NCBI GenBank assembly: GCA_023245335.1
Contig: JAHFKK010000001.1
Coordinates: forward strand, 619,282 to 683,281
Length of the DNA: 64,000 nucleotides
Direction of reading: 5' to 3'
Source: Candidatus Gottesmanbacteria bacterium
GTDB lineage: Bacteria; Patescibacteriota; Microgenomatia; UBA10105; UBA927
Of this stretch, positions 10,586 through 20,194 are shown piece after piece. The notes under the pieces are model-generated. The model was not told where the DNA came from. It saw only the letters and a list, made by a program, of their open reading frames with translations, and searched no databases. A program made the position numbers and the translations under genes. Positions within the stretch are counted from its first letter, which is position 1; each line of letters begins with the position of its first letter.

Positions 10586-11518
10586 ATGGCAAATTCGGCA
10601 AAGAAATCATTTACGGTCAGCGTTATCCTTCCCAACTGGAACGGTGAGCATTTGCTCGCCAAAAACTTACCCAGCGTTTTGGAAGCGGCGCCGACGGCTG
10701 AAATTATTGTGGCCGACGACGCCTCCAAAGATGCATCGGTAGAGCTCCTCCGTAAGAAATTTCCTAGCGTCATCGTTATCGAGAATAAAAGACAACGGGG
10801 TTTTGCAGGAAACGTAAATAGCGGTGTCGCTAGAGCGAAAGGTGACATAGTCGTGCTTCTCAATACCGATGTGCGCCCCAACAAAGGTTTTTTGGAACCG
10901 CTCCTTGCCCGTTTTCTGGATCCGCATGTTGCGGCAGTCGGGTGTCTTGAGGAAAGTCATGACCTGGGGGGGGTCATCCTGCGGGGAAGAGGTGTCGCGC
11001 GGTGGATTAAAGGATATTTTATTCATACAAAGGGCGAGGTCACCAAAAGCGATACTGCTTGGGTAGCCGGAGGGAGCAGTGCGTTTAGAAAAAGCGTATG
11101 GAATGAGTTGGGGGGCATGGATACGATATATAATCCGTTTTATTGGGAAGACATAGACCTTTCATACCAGATGCAGAAAGCCGGACTGCGGATCGTATTT
11201 GAGAGGAAAAGCGTCGTTGGTCACTACCACGAGGAGGGGAAAATTAAAACATCCTTTACGCCCTCCGACATAACGCGTATTGCGTACCGGAATCAATTCA
11301 TATTTCTTTGGAAAAACATATCGGATCCCGGATTGTGGGTCGCTCACTGTGTATGGACGCCGATACGTCTGGTGCAGGCCCTCATACAGGGCGACTTTCT
11401 CATGCTGCAGGGGTATTTTGAGGCAATTATGAAACTACCTGCAGTCTGGCCTTCCCGCAAAAGAGCTTCCCGGCATTGGCGGTTGACCGATGCCGCGACT
11501 CTTCCTCAATCCGACTAA
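10586..11518 (+). CDS. GT2 glycosyltransferase
   Basis: Start revised to ATG 10586 (TAAAAT 8 nt upstream). Motifs PNWNG, ADDASKD, GFAGNVN, LLNTD, YWEDIDL. Confidence 0.88.
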   Translation: MANSAKKSFTVSVILPNWNGEHLLAKNLPSVLEAAPTAEIIVADDASKDASVELLRKKFPSVIVIENKRQRGFAGNVNSGVARAKGDIVVLLNTDVRPNKGFLEPLLARFLDPHVAAVGCLEESHDLGGVILRGRGVARWIKGYFIHTKGEVTKSDTAWVAGGSSAFRKSVWNELGGMDTIYNPFYWEDIDLSYQMQKAGLRIVFERKSVVGHYHEEGKIKTSFTPSDITRIAYRNQFIFLWKNISDPGLWVAHCVWTPIRLVQALIQGDFLMLQGYFEAIMKLPAVWPSRKRASRHWRLTDAATLPQSD

Positions 11519-11521
11519 CCT

Positions 11522-12385
11522 ATGCAATGCCTTCTTTGTCGCATACCAACTGAGAAATATTTGTACAAAAACGGCTATTGGATCTACCGGTGCCCCCGGT
11601 GCCACTTGGGAGAGACGAACCTCAAAAAAGATTACTCACAGTTCGTGAAGGAATTTTATTCTCAAGGCTACTATGAGGGAGATCCCACACGAAGCGCTTA
11701 CGCGAGCTATGAAGCGGATAAGCCTCTTATTGTCCGGAATATGCATAAGTTTCTTTCTGTAATTCGCGCGAAGAAGTCCACAGGGAAACTACTGGATGTC
11801 GGATGCGCGTTTGGGTACTTCGTGGAGCTTGCATTGTCGAAAGGCTATGATGCATACGGATTTGACGCGTCGCATTTTGCTGCTGGAGAAGCAGGTGCGC
11901 TTGTCGGAAAGTCCCGTATCAAGGAAGGCACAGTCCAGTCAGTATCGTATCCGAAAAATTCGTTTGACATTATCACGCTTTTTGACGTCTTTGAACATTT
12001 ACAAGATCCGCTTGCCGACATGAAAAAATTGGCGGGATTCCTCAAGAAAGATGGGGTCATTCTGATCGCGACGGGAGACACGCGGAGTATCGCCGCCAAG
12101 GTTTTTCAGAGGCGTTGGACATTTTATATACCGCCGCAACATATCTTTTTCTTTCACAGAAAAAATGTCAGGGAACTGTTGAAAGCCGCAGGTCTCAGGC
12201 CCCGCTCGTGGTTTCGGGTGGGGAAATGGTTGAGCTTGGGGTATGTCCTGCATCTTGCCCGCACGACTGGCGAGAGTCCATTCGCACGCTTTCTTTATCA
12301 GGTTATAAAAGACACACCGTTTGCCCGGTTTCCGCTATACGTACCGATGAAAGATAATATGGTGATTGAAGTCAGTAAGATGTAG
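11522..12385 (+). CDS. Class I SAM-dependent methyltransferase with N-terminal CxxC...CxxC zinc ribbon
   Basis: CLLC and CPRC; LLDVGCAFG; FDVFEHLQDP; PPQHIFFF. Confidence 0.88.
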   Translation: MQCLLCRIPTEKYLYKNGYWIYRCPRCHLGETNLKKDYSQFVKEFYSQGYYEGDPTRSAYASYEADKPLIVRNMHKFLSVIRAKKSTGKLLDVGCAFGYFVELALSKGYDAYGFDASHFAAGEAGALVGKSRIKEGTVQSVSYPKNSFDIITLFDVFEHLQDPLADMKKLAGFLKKDGVILIATGDTRSIAAKVFQRRWTFYIPPQHIFFFHRKNVRELLKAAGLRPRSWFRVGKWLSLGYVLHLARTTGESPFARFLYQVIKDTPFARFPLYVPMKDNMVIEVSKM

Positions 12386-12400
12386 TATAAGGGAGATCGT

Positions 12401-14131
12401 ATGAAATTATTCTTCAAACGTCACTGGAAGACGATTCTCATTTTCGGCTGCTTATTTGTACTTTTTTTCCTCAATGCATTTCATGAGAAGTATCCGGACG
12501 AATTCGACAGTATCGTCGGAGGCAGATATATAGACATGGGGCTTTTACAGTACCGCGATTGGTTTCAGCATCATCAGCCCGGTGCGTACGTGATGGCTTC
12601 ACTTATCCTGCCGTTTACGGGTATATCCTTTGTGAGGTTCCGGGTGGGTTGGGCTTTGGCGATTTTTGTCATTAACGCACTCGGGTATGCCATGCTAAGT
12701 AAGCGTTTTCCGGCGAAGAACCTGACGTTTTACCTCGTCATGCTTTTTACCATAGCTCTTGCCGGTACCTATTTCTGGTGGCAGATGTTACTCGCCGATT
12801 CTCTCGCGGCATATCTTCTGCTCCCCGCGTTCGCGCTACTTTTCATGAAAGATTATTACGAGGAGAAGTTTGATCGGGTCGATCTTATGTTGGTAGGCGG
12901 ATTTGCGTTTCTTTCCTGGTTCACTTCCATGACATATATCTATATTGTGGCCGCGATTTCGGCATATGCGATTTTCCTTTATGCAAGCCGCCGCGCCCGT
13001 CGGACTTCCTTTTGGAAAACTGCATTGACCGGCACCGGAATTCTCGCGGTTCCTTATGTCCTATTCGCCTTGTGGTTACTCGTAACAGGGAGCCTCAAGG
13101 ATTGGTATTTTGCCTCCGTGTACTACAACTCGGCATATTATATCTATAACTACCCGCATGCACCCGGACAAATGGTCAATCCCATACGTTACGCAGTCGT
13201 TATATTTAATGAGTTTGTGAATAATTATATGCTCGCTCTCGGCGGGGTCACGGGGTTGCCGATTACCAATCCCGGTCAGGTGACATTTGCGTTTTCAAGC
13301 TTTGCCGCAATTCTTTTGGTCATATTCACGGGCCGCTGGACATTCCTGTTTCCGCTTCTTATTACACTCGTCTATTCCAATGCACGGAGCAACCCGCAGT
13401 CCATCCGGGAAACGGATTATCAGTCCGCGGTCTACGTGATGACGTCCATGTTCAACGGGCTATTTACCCTTTCGGTGCTCAAAGAATTGGTCGATAGCAA
13501 GAAGCTAAAGGTAAGCGGGACGATCCTTGCGTCGGCTCTTATGTTGCTTCTCACGATCTATTGGATCGCCACTCCTATGTTTTATGCGCAGCGCATGATG
13601 CAGAAATATTATGACAAATATATGGGGAAGGCGCCTCTTATCTATGACCGTCCGCAGGTCACCAACTATGTCAATGCCATAATCGATAAAGGAGACATGG
13701 CGTGGGTCGGACCATTTGCATTTGAGGAGCTTTTCTATCTCAAAACGACGAGGATTCCGTCCAAGTATCATTGGTTTCTGCAGTTTGCGCAGGACACGAA
13801 GATCGGACCGGGATTAGTCGCCGACATGACGAAAAACCTCCCGAAAGTAATTGTTTTCCAAAGGAATTATGCCCCATGGGGAGGAGACGCTTCTACGTTT
13901 AACAGTTTTTTCCGGAAGTTTTTGGATCAGTATTATTTCCGCGTTTTCACGTATAATGAAACCTTGCCGGACATAAACTACAAATGGAAGATCGGGAATA
14001 CGATAAATTATGATCTGGATGGAGACTTTAACTTCGACAAACGATATCAGAAACAGATTATTGATAAGCTTCTCTCCCTGGGTTACATCGAAGCCGTGCC
14101 AAAGCACAAAGAGATTACGAACAAGAAGTAA
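12401..14131 (+). CDS. GT-C-fold membrane glycosyltransferase candidate (GT39/ArnT-like)
   Basis: TM1 followed by PDEFD and GLLQYRDWFQHHQPG; ~11 TM plus a C-terminal extracytoplasmic domain; GGAG upstream. Confidence 0.7.
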   Translation: MKLFFKRHWKTILIFGCLFVLFFLNAFHEKYPDEFDSIVGGRYIDMGLLQYRDWFQHHQPGAYVMASLILPFTGISFVRFRVGWALAIFVINALGYAMLSKRFPAKNLTFYLVMLFTIALAGTYFWWQMLLADSLAAYLLLPAFALLFMKDYYEEKFDRVDLMLVGGFAFLSWFTSMTYIYIVAAISAYAIFLYASRRARRTSFWKTALTGTGILAVPYVLFALWLLVTGSLKDWYFASVYYNSAYYIYNYPHAPGQMVNPIRYAVVIFNEFVNNYMLALGGVTGLPITNPGQVTFAFSSFAAILLVIFTGRWTFLFPLLITLVYSNARSNPQSIRETDYQSAVYVMTSMFNGLFTLSVLKELVDSKKLKVSGTILASALMLLLTIYWIATPMFYAQRMMQKYYDKYMGKAPLIYDRPQVTNYVNAIIDKGDMAWVGPFAFEELFYLKTTRIPSKYHWFLQFAQDTKIGPGLVADMTKNLPKVIVFQRNYAPWGGDASTFNSFFRKFLDQYYFRVFTYNETLPDINYKWKIGNTINYDLDGDFNFDKRYQKQIIDKLLSLGYIEAVPKHKEITNKK

Positions 14132-14145
14132 GGATACGCCGGCTG

Positions 14146-14483
14146 TCACCGTCTCTTTCCATGCATTCTAGGTTTTGGCTGAAATCCCTTCCACGTCAAC
14201 GCGATTTTGTTCGTCCCTTGCTCACCAAAAGTTCCGAATAAGGATGCAGTTACGATAAATTTTCGATCAATTTCGTCCTGTGTTAACCCTCGTTTTTGAG
14301 CTACCGTGAGAAAATGGGCGTACTGGGGATCAGCCGGCGATAGATTTCGGCTGTCCCGGTATCGACGACCTCATCCAAATGTTCTAGGCTGCCGCGCTCT
14401 CTATTCAGCAAGTCAATTGCTTTTAGTGAAGCCTGGTTCAGGCTTTCGTGCGCATATTTTCGGGTTTCGTTTTCTTCGACCAT
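14146..14483 (-). pseudogene. Small hypothetical protein (~112 aa) split by a single frameshift
   Basis: MVEENETRK...GTAEI in one frame continues as SPADPQYAHFLTVAQKRGLTQDEIDRKF...MHGKRR* in the -1 frame. It fills the convergent gap and has TATACT 8 nt before the ATG. Confidence 0.55.
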
Positions 14484-14491
14484 ATCGTCGC

Positions 14492-14497
14492 AGTATA
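14492..14497 (-). promoter_or_regulatory. -10 box (TATACT), leaderless-type, for the small gene starting at 14483
   Basis: Minus strand reads TATACT-gcgacgat-ATG. Confidence 0.5.
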
Positions 14498-14508
14498 TCG
14501 CTGTAGTG

Positions 14509-16203
14509 TCAATTATATAATTTCGCTGAGACAAATACTTCCTTTACCGTGCTTCCGTTTATATCATCCAATTTCTGGAATTCTTTCTTGTGTTGCATAT
14601 ATTCGGGAGAAGCGAGAATGAATAGCGTGTTTCCGCCATGAGGAAGGCCTTTGAAATCAAATGACGGATCCATAAGCTTCATTCCGTTGGTATCCCAACT
14701 GGCTGACGTGAAGTAATATTTGCCGAAGTGCTCCCGGTTGCCCCCGCTTTGATAAACCGCCGGATCAATTCCACCCCAGTATAGTAGGAAGATATACGGC
14801 CTCCAGTAATAGCCGGAGATGTAGATACGGTCGTACTTATGTTCGTTTGCCCGGACATACGCGACCATCTGTTTGTTGCCGTCTCCAAATGAGAGAGCGT
14901 TATTCGTGGGGTTATTTACGAAGTAGGCGTAATGGAATTTTGGAAATGACAGCAGGAACCAGATGACCAAAGCGGTAAGAAGAACGGCAACAACCGGTTT
15001 GACGCGGGATTTTTTGGGAAGATACTCAAGTAAATATATAATTCCGAATCCGGACAGTACGGCAAATACGGGAGCGGCGATGAGCGTGCGGAGCGTATTC
15101 GGCTGATTCAGGCTGAAAGCGCCGGGGAAGAATCCGGTCACGAGCCATACAAGCAATACATACATAGAAAAAGGTGATAACGAGAACAGAAGGAGTAATC
15201 CGAGCGGCAACAACATCATGTCAAACGGATATAATGCGCCATAGGTGCCGGTGCCGGTCACAAATAGATTGTGAGGGTCGATATTCTTCCAATAATTTTC
15301 TAGGATCGTCTCAAGAAGTGCGATTCTTCTGTTGTAAATAATTTTATTGATGATGGTCGGGTGCACGGCCATGATATTTGTGTACGCTTCTTTTCGGTTA
15401 ATAAAGTTTTGATCGTTGACTACGCTTACGGTATTTATCCTCTGCCAACCGCCCGGCGAGAGCATCTCGCGTCCCATGGGAAAAAATACCGTGAGACATA
15501 TAGCTAGGGTAACGACTGATGTTTTCCACTCCTTTGTTACCGTTTTCCACTGAGTCACAAGGTAGAGAAGCGCCATAAACGGTATCACTAGTCTGACGGA
15601 GTAGTAGAAATATAATGAGGTGACATAAAAAAGTCCGGCGAGGAGGATTTCCCGGTAGTTTCTGCGGCTCCGGAGTAAAAAGTATGTACCCAGCATGAAC
15701 CAGAACACAGCGCCGTTACTTTCAAATAGCTGGCGTGAGAAGTTTATATGCCATGGCTGCAGAGCAAACATAAGGGTCGGGATAAGTGCGGCGTCGAATT
15801 CGCCAAGCTTGAGATGTCGTCTGTCACCCAAGAGTTCGGCCGCTAAGACGTACATAACGATAATTGCAAGAATGCCAAAGAGCGCGGATGGGAGGCGGGC
15901 GGCTAACTCGGTTCGGCCGAACAATGCGACGAAAGGGACGGTAGTGTAGACCATACCCGGCAATTTGTAATCGTCAAACGAACGGAACAGCAAAGGATAC
16001 GGTGCGCCGTACTCATCCTTGCCGGTTTTGAGTATTGAATACGCGTTGTACGCGATTGCCGTTTCGTCATGGGAGAGGGATGGCGGTATGGTTGTCAGCC
16101 GGTCAAAACGGAGATAGATGCCGATAATAAGAATCAGAGCAAACAAAATTATGGTAAAAGTCCTTTGAGAAGCGCCACTTAGGGGTTTACTCGTGTGTTT
16201 CAT
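14509..16203 (-). CDS. ArnT/PMT_2-like GT-C glycosyltransferase ('DEA' paralog)
   Basis: LRFDRL..PPSLSHDETAIAYNAYSILKTGKDEYG, FDDYKLP, RLPSA, PWHINFSR and HFGKYYF motifs. Confidence 0.85.
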   Translation of the reverse strand: MKHTSKPLSGASQRTFTIILFALILIIGIYLRFDRLTTIPPSLSHDETAIAYNAYSILKTGKDEYGAPYPLLFRSFDDYKLPGMVYTTVPFVALFGRTELAARLPSALFGILAIIVMYVLAAELLGDRRHLKLGEFDAALIPTLMFALQPWHINFSRQLFESNGAVFWFMLGTYFLLRSRRNYREILLAGLFYVTSLYFYYSVRLVIPFMALLYLVTQWKTVTKEWKTSVVTLAICLTVFFPMGREMLSPGGWQRINTVSVVNDQNFINRKEAYTNIMAVHPTIINKIIYNRRIALLETILENYWKNIDPHNLFVTGTGTYGALYPFDMMLLPLGLLLLFSLSPFSMYVLLVWLVTGFFPGAFSLNQPNTLRTLIAAPVFAVLSGFGIIYLLEYLPKKSRVKPVVAVLLTALVIWFLLSFPKFHYAYFVNNPTNNALSFGDGNKQMVAYVRANEHKYDRIYISGYYWRPYIFLLYWGGIDPAVYQSGGNREHFGKYYFTSASWDTNGMKLMDPSFDFKGLPHGGNTLFILASPEYMQHKKEFQKLDDINGSTVKEVFVSAKLYN

Positions 16204-16206
16204 AAG

Positions 16207-17844
16207 TTATTTGTCGGTATCTACGACTACAAACTGCTCCGTATTGTCCGGCAGGAGAATGGTTGCGATGATTTTGGGGGAAAGTGCCCTGGGTACCTCA
16301 TCGGGTTTAGTGACCAGAAGCGTATGCTTCCTTGACGGATCCTTAGTCCAGTCAATGGCGCGGAACGAGAATCGTCCGAATCCGGAAACATCGGTGAATC
16401 CATCCGAAGAAGTGGAATATCGTCTGGCTTCCGTTTGATAGGATCGAGGTGAATAGCCGCTGTAAAAGAGAATATATATGTACGGGGACGTTTCCGGATG
16501 CGTCATGATGACCTGTTTATGTATGTTTTCGGGAGAGAAGAGAACGGGAGTAAGTTTTTTGTATCCGTAGCCCCAGCTCGCCGCTTCTGTTTTTGCGAAA
16601 TGGACGTAATACTGGTTGAGATACATTGCCATAGAGGCAAGATAACTACCAATGAGAATGATGGCAAGACCCGCCCGCCACCTTTTTGGTGTTTCGGTAA
16701 GTAACCACAAGATGCCGGAAGCAACCGCTACAGCAAATCCCGGCACGACAGCAAACATCCGGTTGCTGTGCGGGGCATCCTTGGTGATGGCGGCCGCCAC
16801 GGCTCCGATTGCGATCCACCAGAGGATGAGCTGGGCTGATTTTTTCTTTCGGTTGACGATAAGCCACGTAATACCCAGAAGGAGAAGCGGTGCTTCGATA
16901 GGATGTAGGTTCCCAAATCCCTGTATGTTATGAGCACTGTTTCCGCCTCCTTTGATAAACAGGAACTCGGGCCCGTAGGATCTAAGGTAGTTCTGGTAGA
17001 CCGTCGATATGCCGTAGGTTACACGGTTATAGATGAGACGGACAGGAGGTGCGTTTGGGTTAGGATAGAGAAGCCTCGGTAACTCGATGTTGTTGTGAAC
17101 AGTCGTCGGGTCCCCGAAAATACTGATCCCGGAAATTTTTGTGCGATCCGCACCCAAGAGTGTCGCCGATAATATGATTGCCGTTACCACTGTGCCTATT
17201 GCTACTGCGATCCACCATCGGGAGATCTTTGCCGCATCTTTGCCGTAGATACCGAAGAGTCCCATGAGAAGCAACGTAGTGAAGATGTGGTTGCCGTGAT
17301 ATGTATAGTAGGTGGAGGCAAAGAGTAAGGAAGAAAAAACGAGTTTCCTGAGAGATCTTTTCCGTATCGCGGAGAGAAAAAGGATGGAACCCACGATAGT
17401 CATAAAGACGGCGGCATTTGATTCCGACTCTACCCTCGAGATGTGGATGTGCCACGGCATAAGTGCAAGGACTGCGGCAGCAAGGAGTGCGAGCGGTTCA
17501 GAGCCGAAGAGAGAAAGGGCCAGTACGTAGAGCCCGGCAACTCCCAGGATGCCGGCAAGCGCTGACGGTAGGCGGACTGCGAGTTCCGATTCCCCGAATA
17601 GGTGAATAAACGGGATGTCGGCATATATGTAGAGAGGCATCTTCCAGTCCCCGAATGACTCAAACGATAACGGTAATATTTTGCCATACTCATCCCGTCC
17701 GGTGGTCGCAAGAGAGTGTGCGGTGAAACCGATGGCCGCTTCATCGCGGTTCACCCCCGGCGGTACGCTATCTAAACGATAGAGCCGCAGGAATGAAGCG
17801 ACAAGTATGATGCCTATCAGAGCTATTTTTCCGAATTTACTCAT
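16207..17844 (-). CDS. ArnT/PMT_2-like GT-C glycosyltransferase ('DEA' paralog)
   Basis: PPGVNRDEAAIGFTAHSLATTGRDEYG, FGDWKMP, VRLPSA, PWHIHISR and APHSNR motifs. Confidence 0.85.
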   Translation of the reverse strand: MSKFGKIALIGIILVASFLRLYRLDSVPPGVNRDEAAIGFTAHSLATTGRDEYGKILPLSFESFGDWKMPLYIYADIPFIHLFGESELAVRLPSALAGILGVAGLYVLALSLFGSEPLALLAAAVLALMPWHIHISRVESESNAAVFMTIVGSILFLSAIRKRSLRKLVFSSLLFASTYYTYHGNHIFTTLLLMGLFGIYGKDAAKISRWWIAVAIGTVVTAIILSATLLGADRTKISGISIFGDPTTVHNNIELPRLLYPNPNAPPVRLIYNRVTYGISTVYQNYLRSYGPEFLFIKGGGNSAHNIQGFGNLHPIEAPLLLLGITWLIVNRKKKSAQLILWWIAIGAVAAAITKDAPHSNRMFAVVPGFAVAVASGILWLLTETPKRWRAGLAIILIGSYLASMAMYLNQYYVHFAKTEAASWGYGYKKLTPVLFSPENIHKQVIMTHPETSPYIYILFYSGYSPRSYQTEARRYSTSSDGFTDVSGFGRFSFRAIDWTKDPSRKHTLLVTKPDEVPRALSPKIIATILLPDNTEQFVVVDTDK

Positions 17845-20191
17845 GATAATTTTTTTTGACGATGAAAAGTGCCGCTGCTGTCGCCATAATACTTATGATA
17901 CTCAAAACTTCGCCCACAGCAACACTTACAGGCGCGTAGGTCATGATGACCGTGTGCGTGCCGGGAGGTACGGTGACTGCGCGAAAGGTCCAATCAGCGC
18001 GTAGGATATCTCCCGGTTTGCCGTCTATTGTGGCATGCCAGCCGGGATAGTAGGTGTCCGTAAGTACTAAGACCGAAGCGACCGGTCGTTCCGTCTGTAT
18101 AGTCAATGATTCCGGCTTGTAGTCTGTGATAGCGGCGGATCCCTCTTCTGCTGACTTCTCTATACCCGAGGGAACGGCGGGCAGAAGGACCGTCTCTGCC
18201 GGATCAAACGACGGAGAAAAGAGTTGTTTACCGAAGTCATCCGCGTTTTGATACGTCAGGATGTTTTTAGCAAGAAATGCCCGGGGTGCGGCTTTGAGAT
18301 TGGTAAATATATGCCAGTCTCCGGCGCTCATGGCCATAGCATACCGGCTGGGAGGGAACGTTTCCTGCGTACTGCCGTTTTCCAGACGATCGAGGATGTA
18401 TCGCACACTCAAAAGGTCCAGCATCCGTAAAGTATATGGGTCGTCGAATCCGTTTTTGCCGAATCCCGAGGAAATTGCGGCATCGGAGCGGGTCGCATTC
18501 GTAAATTGTGTCATCAATTTGCCGGTCCGATAGCCGTAGAGGAACTCGCCGTACCATTTAGGATACAAAGGATCATATCCTTCAGGAGAAAACATGCCGT
18601 ACTGCGTCGCGAAGTTCGCAGCTATCCCTGCCGTGCCGTATCCCCAATACCGGTCAGGACCGTGATGGGTAAGATAGGAGAGTATTTCATGATCAGGGAA
18701 TACGAGTGCTTGAGGCACAAATGGGTTGAATCGGTTAAAAAAGATAAAAAGGTCAAGCATGTGGACGATGAGTAAGAGGACAATCGCGTGCCGCCGCAGT
18801 GTCGGAATGGCTATAGCGATCCAAAAGAGCACGATCGTTGCCCCCGCAATAAGTCCGCCGTACAGAATTGCACGGAGCGCAACAGCCGCGTGCGCATGGA
18901 AGTCGGTAAAGAAAGGAAGCTTGGCGCAAAGGATGAGAAGAACAAATACAAGTGCTACCTCAAGCGTTCGTATAACCAGTTTTTTGACTGAATGTTTTTC
19001 CGTCATCCAATGATCGAGTCCCAGTCCGCCCAGGACCGATAAGCAAAACGCGAAAAGAAAAGCCATGAGCGTCGGACTACTTGCACTGAAGATGGGGATA
19101 GGTACGCGGTAGAGAAGATACGTTGCCGGATTGGCAGTTATGAGAATGCCGATAATAGCAAATGACCAGACATACCATTTGGTGATAGCATCTTTTCGCC
19201 GCATGGCGGAAAGCAAAAAGAAAAGAGGTACCAAGCCCACGGTCGTTACCTTGCCGACGAATGTATCCGCCGGCCAGTAGGTGCGCGTAGCCGGATTACC
19301 GAACATGTTCGGGAAAGCGGTTGCGAGAAGCTGCCAAGGCTGGATCAGAATTTTCGTAAATAGATTGGTGAATTCGTGAGGACTACGGGCCGCGAGTTGG
19401 ATAAGTTCGATACCGGGTATAAGCTGAAGTCCCGCGATTCCTATCCCCAGACTCATGAATATGCCCGAGGGGATCCATACTCTCCGTGGCAGCCGGAATG
19501 CGGCGTAGATGACGCTAAAGAGAATAAGATACCCGTATACCTGCGGATGACCGGCAAGGAGTGCCGAAGCGTTGCCGAGTGCAAGTACAGCAAACCACCG
19601 GGCTTTAGGTTTCTCCCGCAGAGACTCGATCGCAAGAAGGAGAAGTGGAAGCCAAAGAATGACGTGGCCTACCGTATTGTACTCGAGCCACACCGCCATA
19701 AACCCCGAGAACCCGTAGGAGAGTGCGGCAAGGAGCGATCCATAGGTCTTGCCTCCGATCTTTCGTATATACCAGTAGGTGAATATACCGGCAAGTAACG
19801 GTTGGAGGAGTGTCAGGATAGTCCATGCGGATACCTCGCTAAGGAAAAGGTACAAAATGGCGAGAGGGTATAATACTGCCGACTGAAAGTTTCCAAGAAG
19901 CGGTGAGCCCGAGAAGTTATACGGATTCCAGAGTGGTAATTTCCCCTGTTTAAGCTCATTTACCGCAAGCGTTTTCCAAGGATACATTTGGCGATATGTG
20001 TCCGGATACTGTGCCTTATTGGGGATGCCGCCAGCGGCATACCCGAGATATGCGGCAGAGCGCCAGGGTTGGAAGTCGCTTGCCAGGCCGTCACCGGGAA
20101 ACGGCACTTTCCCGAAGAGAACTGTTTGGTAAAAAAATATCGCGGTAACGGCGATAAGGATCCCGGTAACCCAGACGAATTCTTTTCTCAT
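17837..20191 (-). CDS. YfhO-family GT-C membrane protein
   Basis: YPDTYRQMYPW, PLWNPYNFSG, AGHPQ, FPNMFGNP, EGYDP and DTYYPGWHATIDG motifs. Confidence 0.85.
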   Translation of the reverse strand: MRKEFVWVTGILIAVTAIFFYQTVLFGKVPFPGDGLASDFQPWRSAAYLGYAAGGIPNKAQYPDTYRQMYPWKTLAVNELKQGKLPLWNPYNFSGSPLLGNFQSAVLYPLAILYLFLSEVSAWTILTLLQPLLAGIFTYWYIRKIGGKTYGSLLAALSYGFSGFMAVWLEYNTVGHVILWLPLLLLAIESLREKPKARWFAVLALGNASALLAGHPQVYGYLILFSVIYAAFRLPRRVWIPSGIFMSLGIGIAGLQLIPGIELIQLAARSPHEFTNLFTKILIQPWQLLATAFPNMFGNPATRTYWPADTFVGKVTTVGLVPLFFLLSAMRRKDAITKWYVWSFAIIGILITANPATYLLYRVPIPIFSASSPTLMAFLFAFCLSVLGGLGLDHWMTEKHSVKKLVIRTLEVALVFVLLILCAKLPFFTDFHAHAAVALRAILYGGLIAGATIVLFWIAIAIPTLRRHAIVLLLIVHMLDLFIFFNRFNPFVPQALVFPDHEILSYLTHHGPDRYWGYGTAGIAANFATQYGMFSPEGYDPLYPKWYGEFLYGYRTGKLMTQFTNATRSDAAISSGFGKNGFDDPYTLRMLDLLSVRYILDRLENGSTQETFPPSRYAMAMSAGDWHIFTNLKAAPRAFLAKNILTYQNADDFGKQLFSPSFDPAETVLLPAVPSGIEKSAEEGSAAITDYKPESLTIQTERPVASVLVLTDTYYPGWHATIDGKPGDILRADWTFRAVTVPPGTHTVIMTYAPVSVAVGEVLSIISIMATAAALFIVKKNYHE

Positions 20192-20194
20192 ACG

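Noticed and set aside
14306-14506. Plus-strand 66-aa ORF in the convergent gap
   Set aside because: It is Arg-rich and atypical, and lies antisense to the better-supported minus-strand frameshifted gene.
14492-14512. TTGACA plus TATACT on the minus strand as a full sigma70 promoter
   Set aside because: The spacer is only 9 nt, so only the -10 box was kept.
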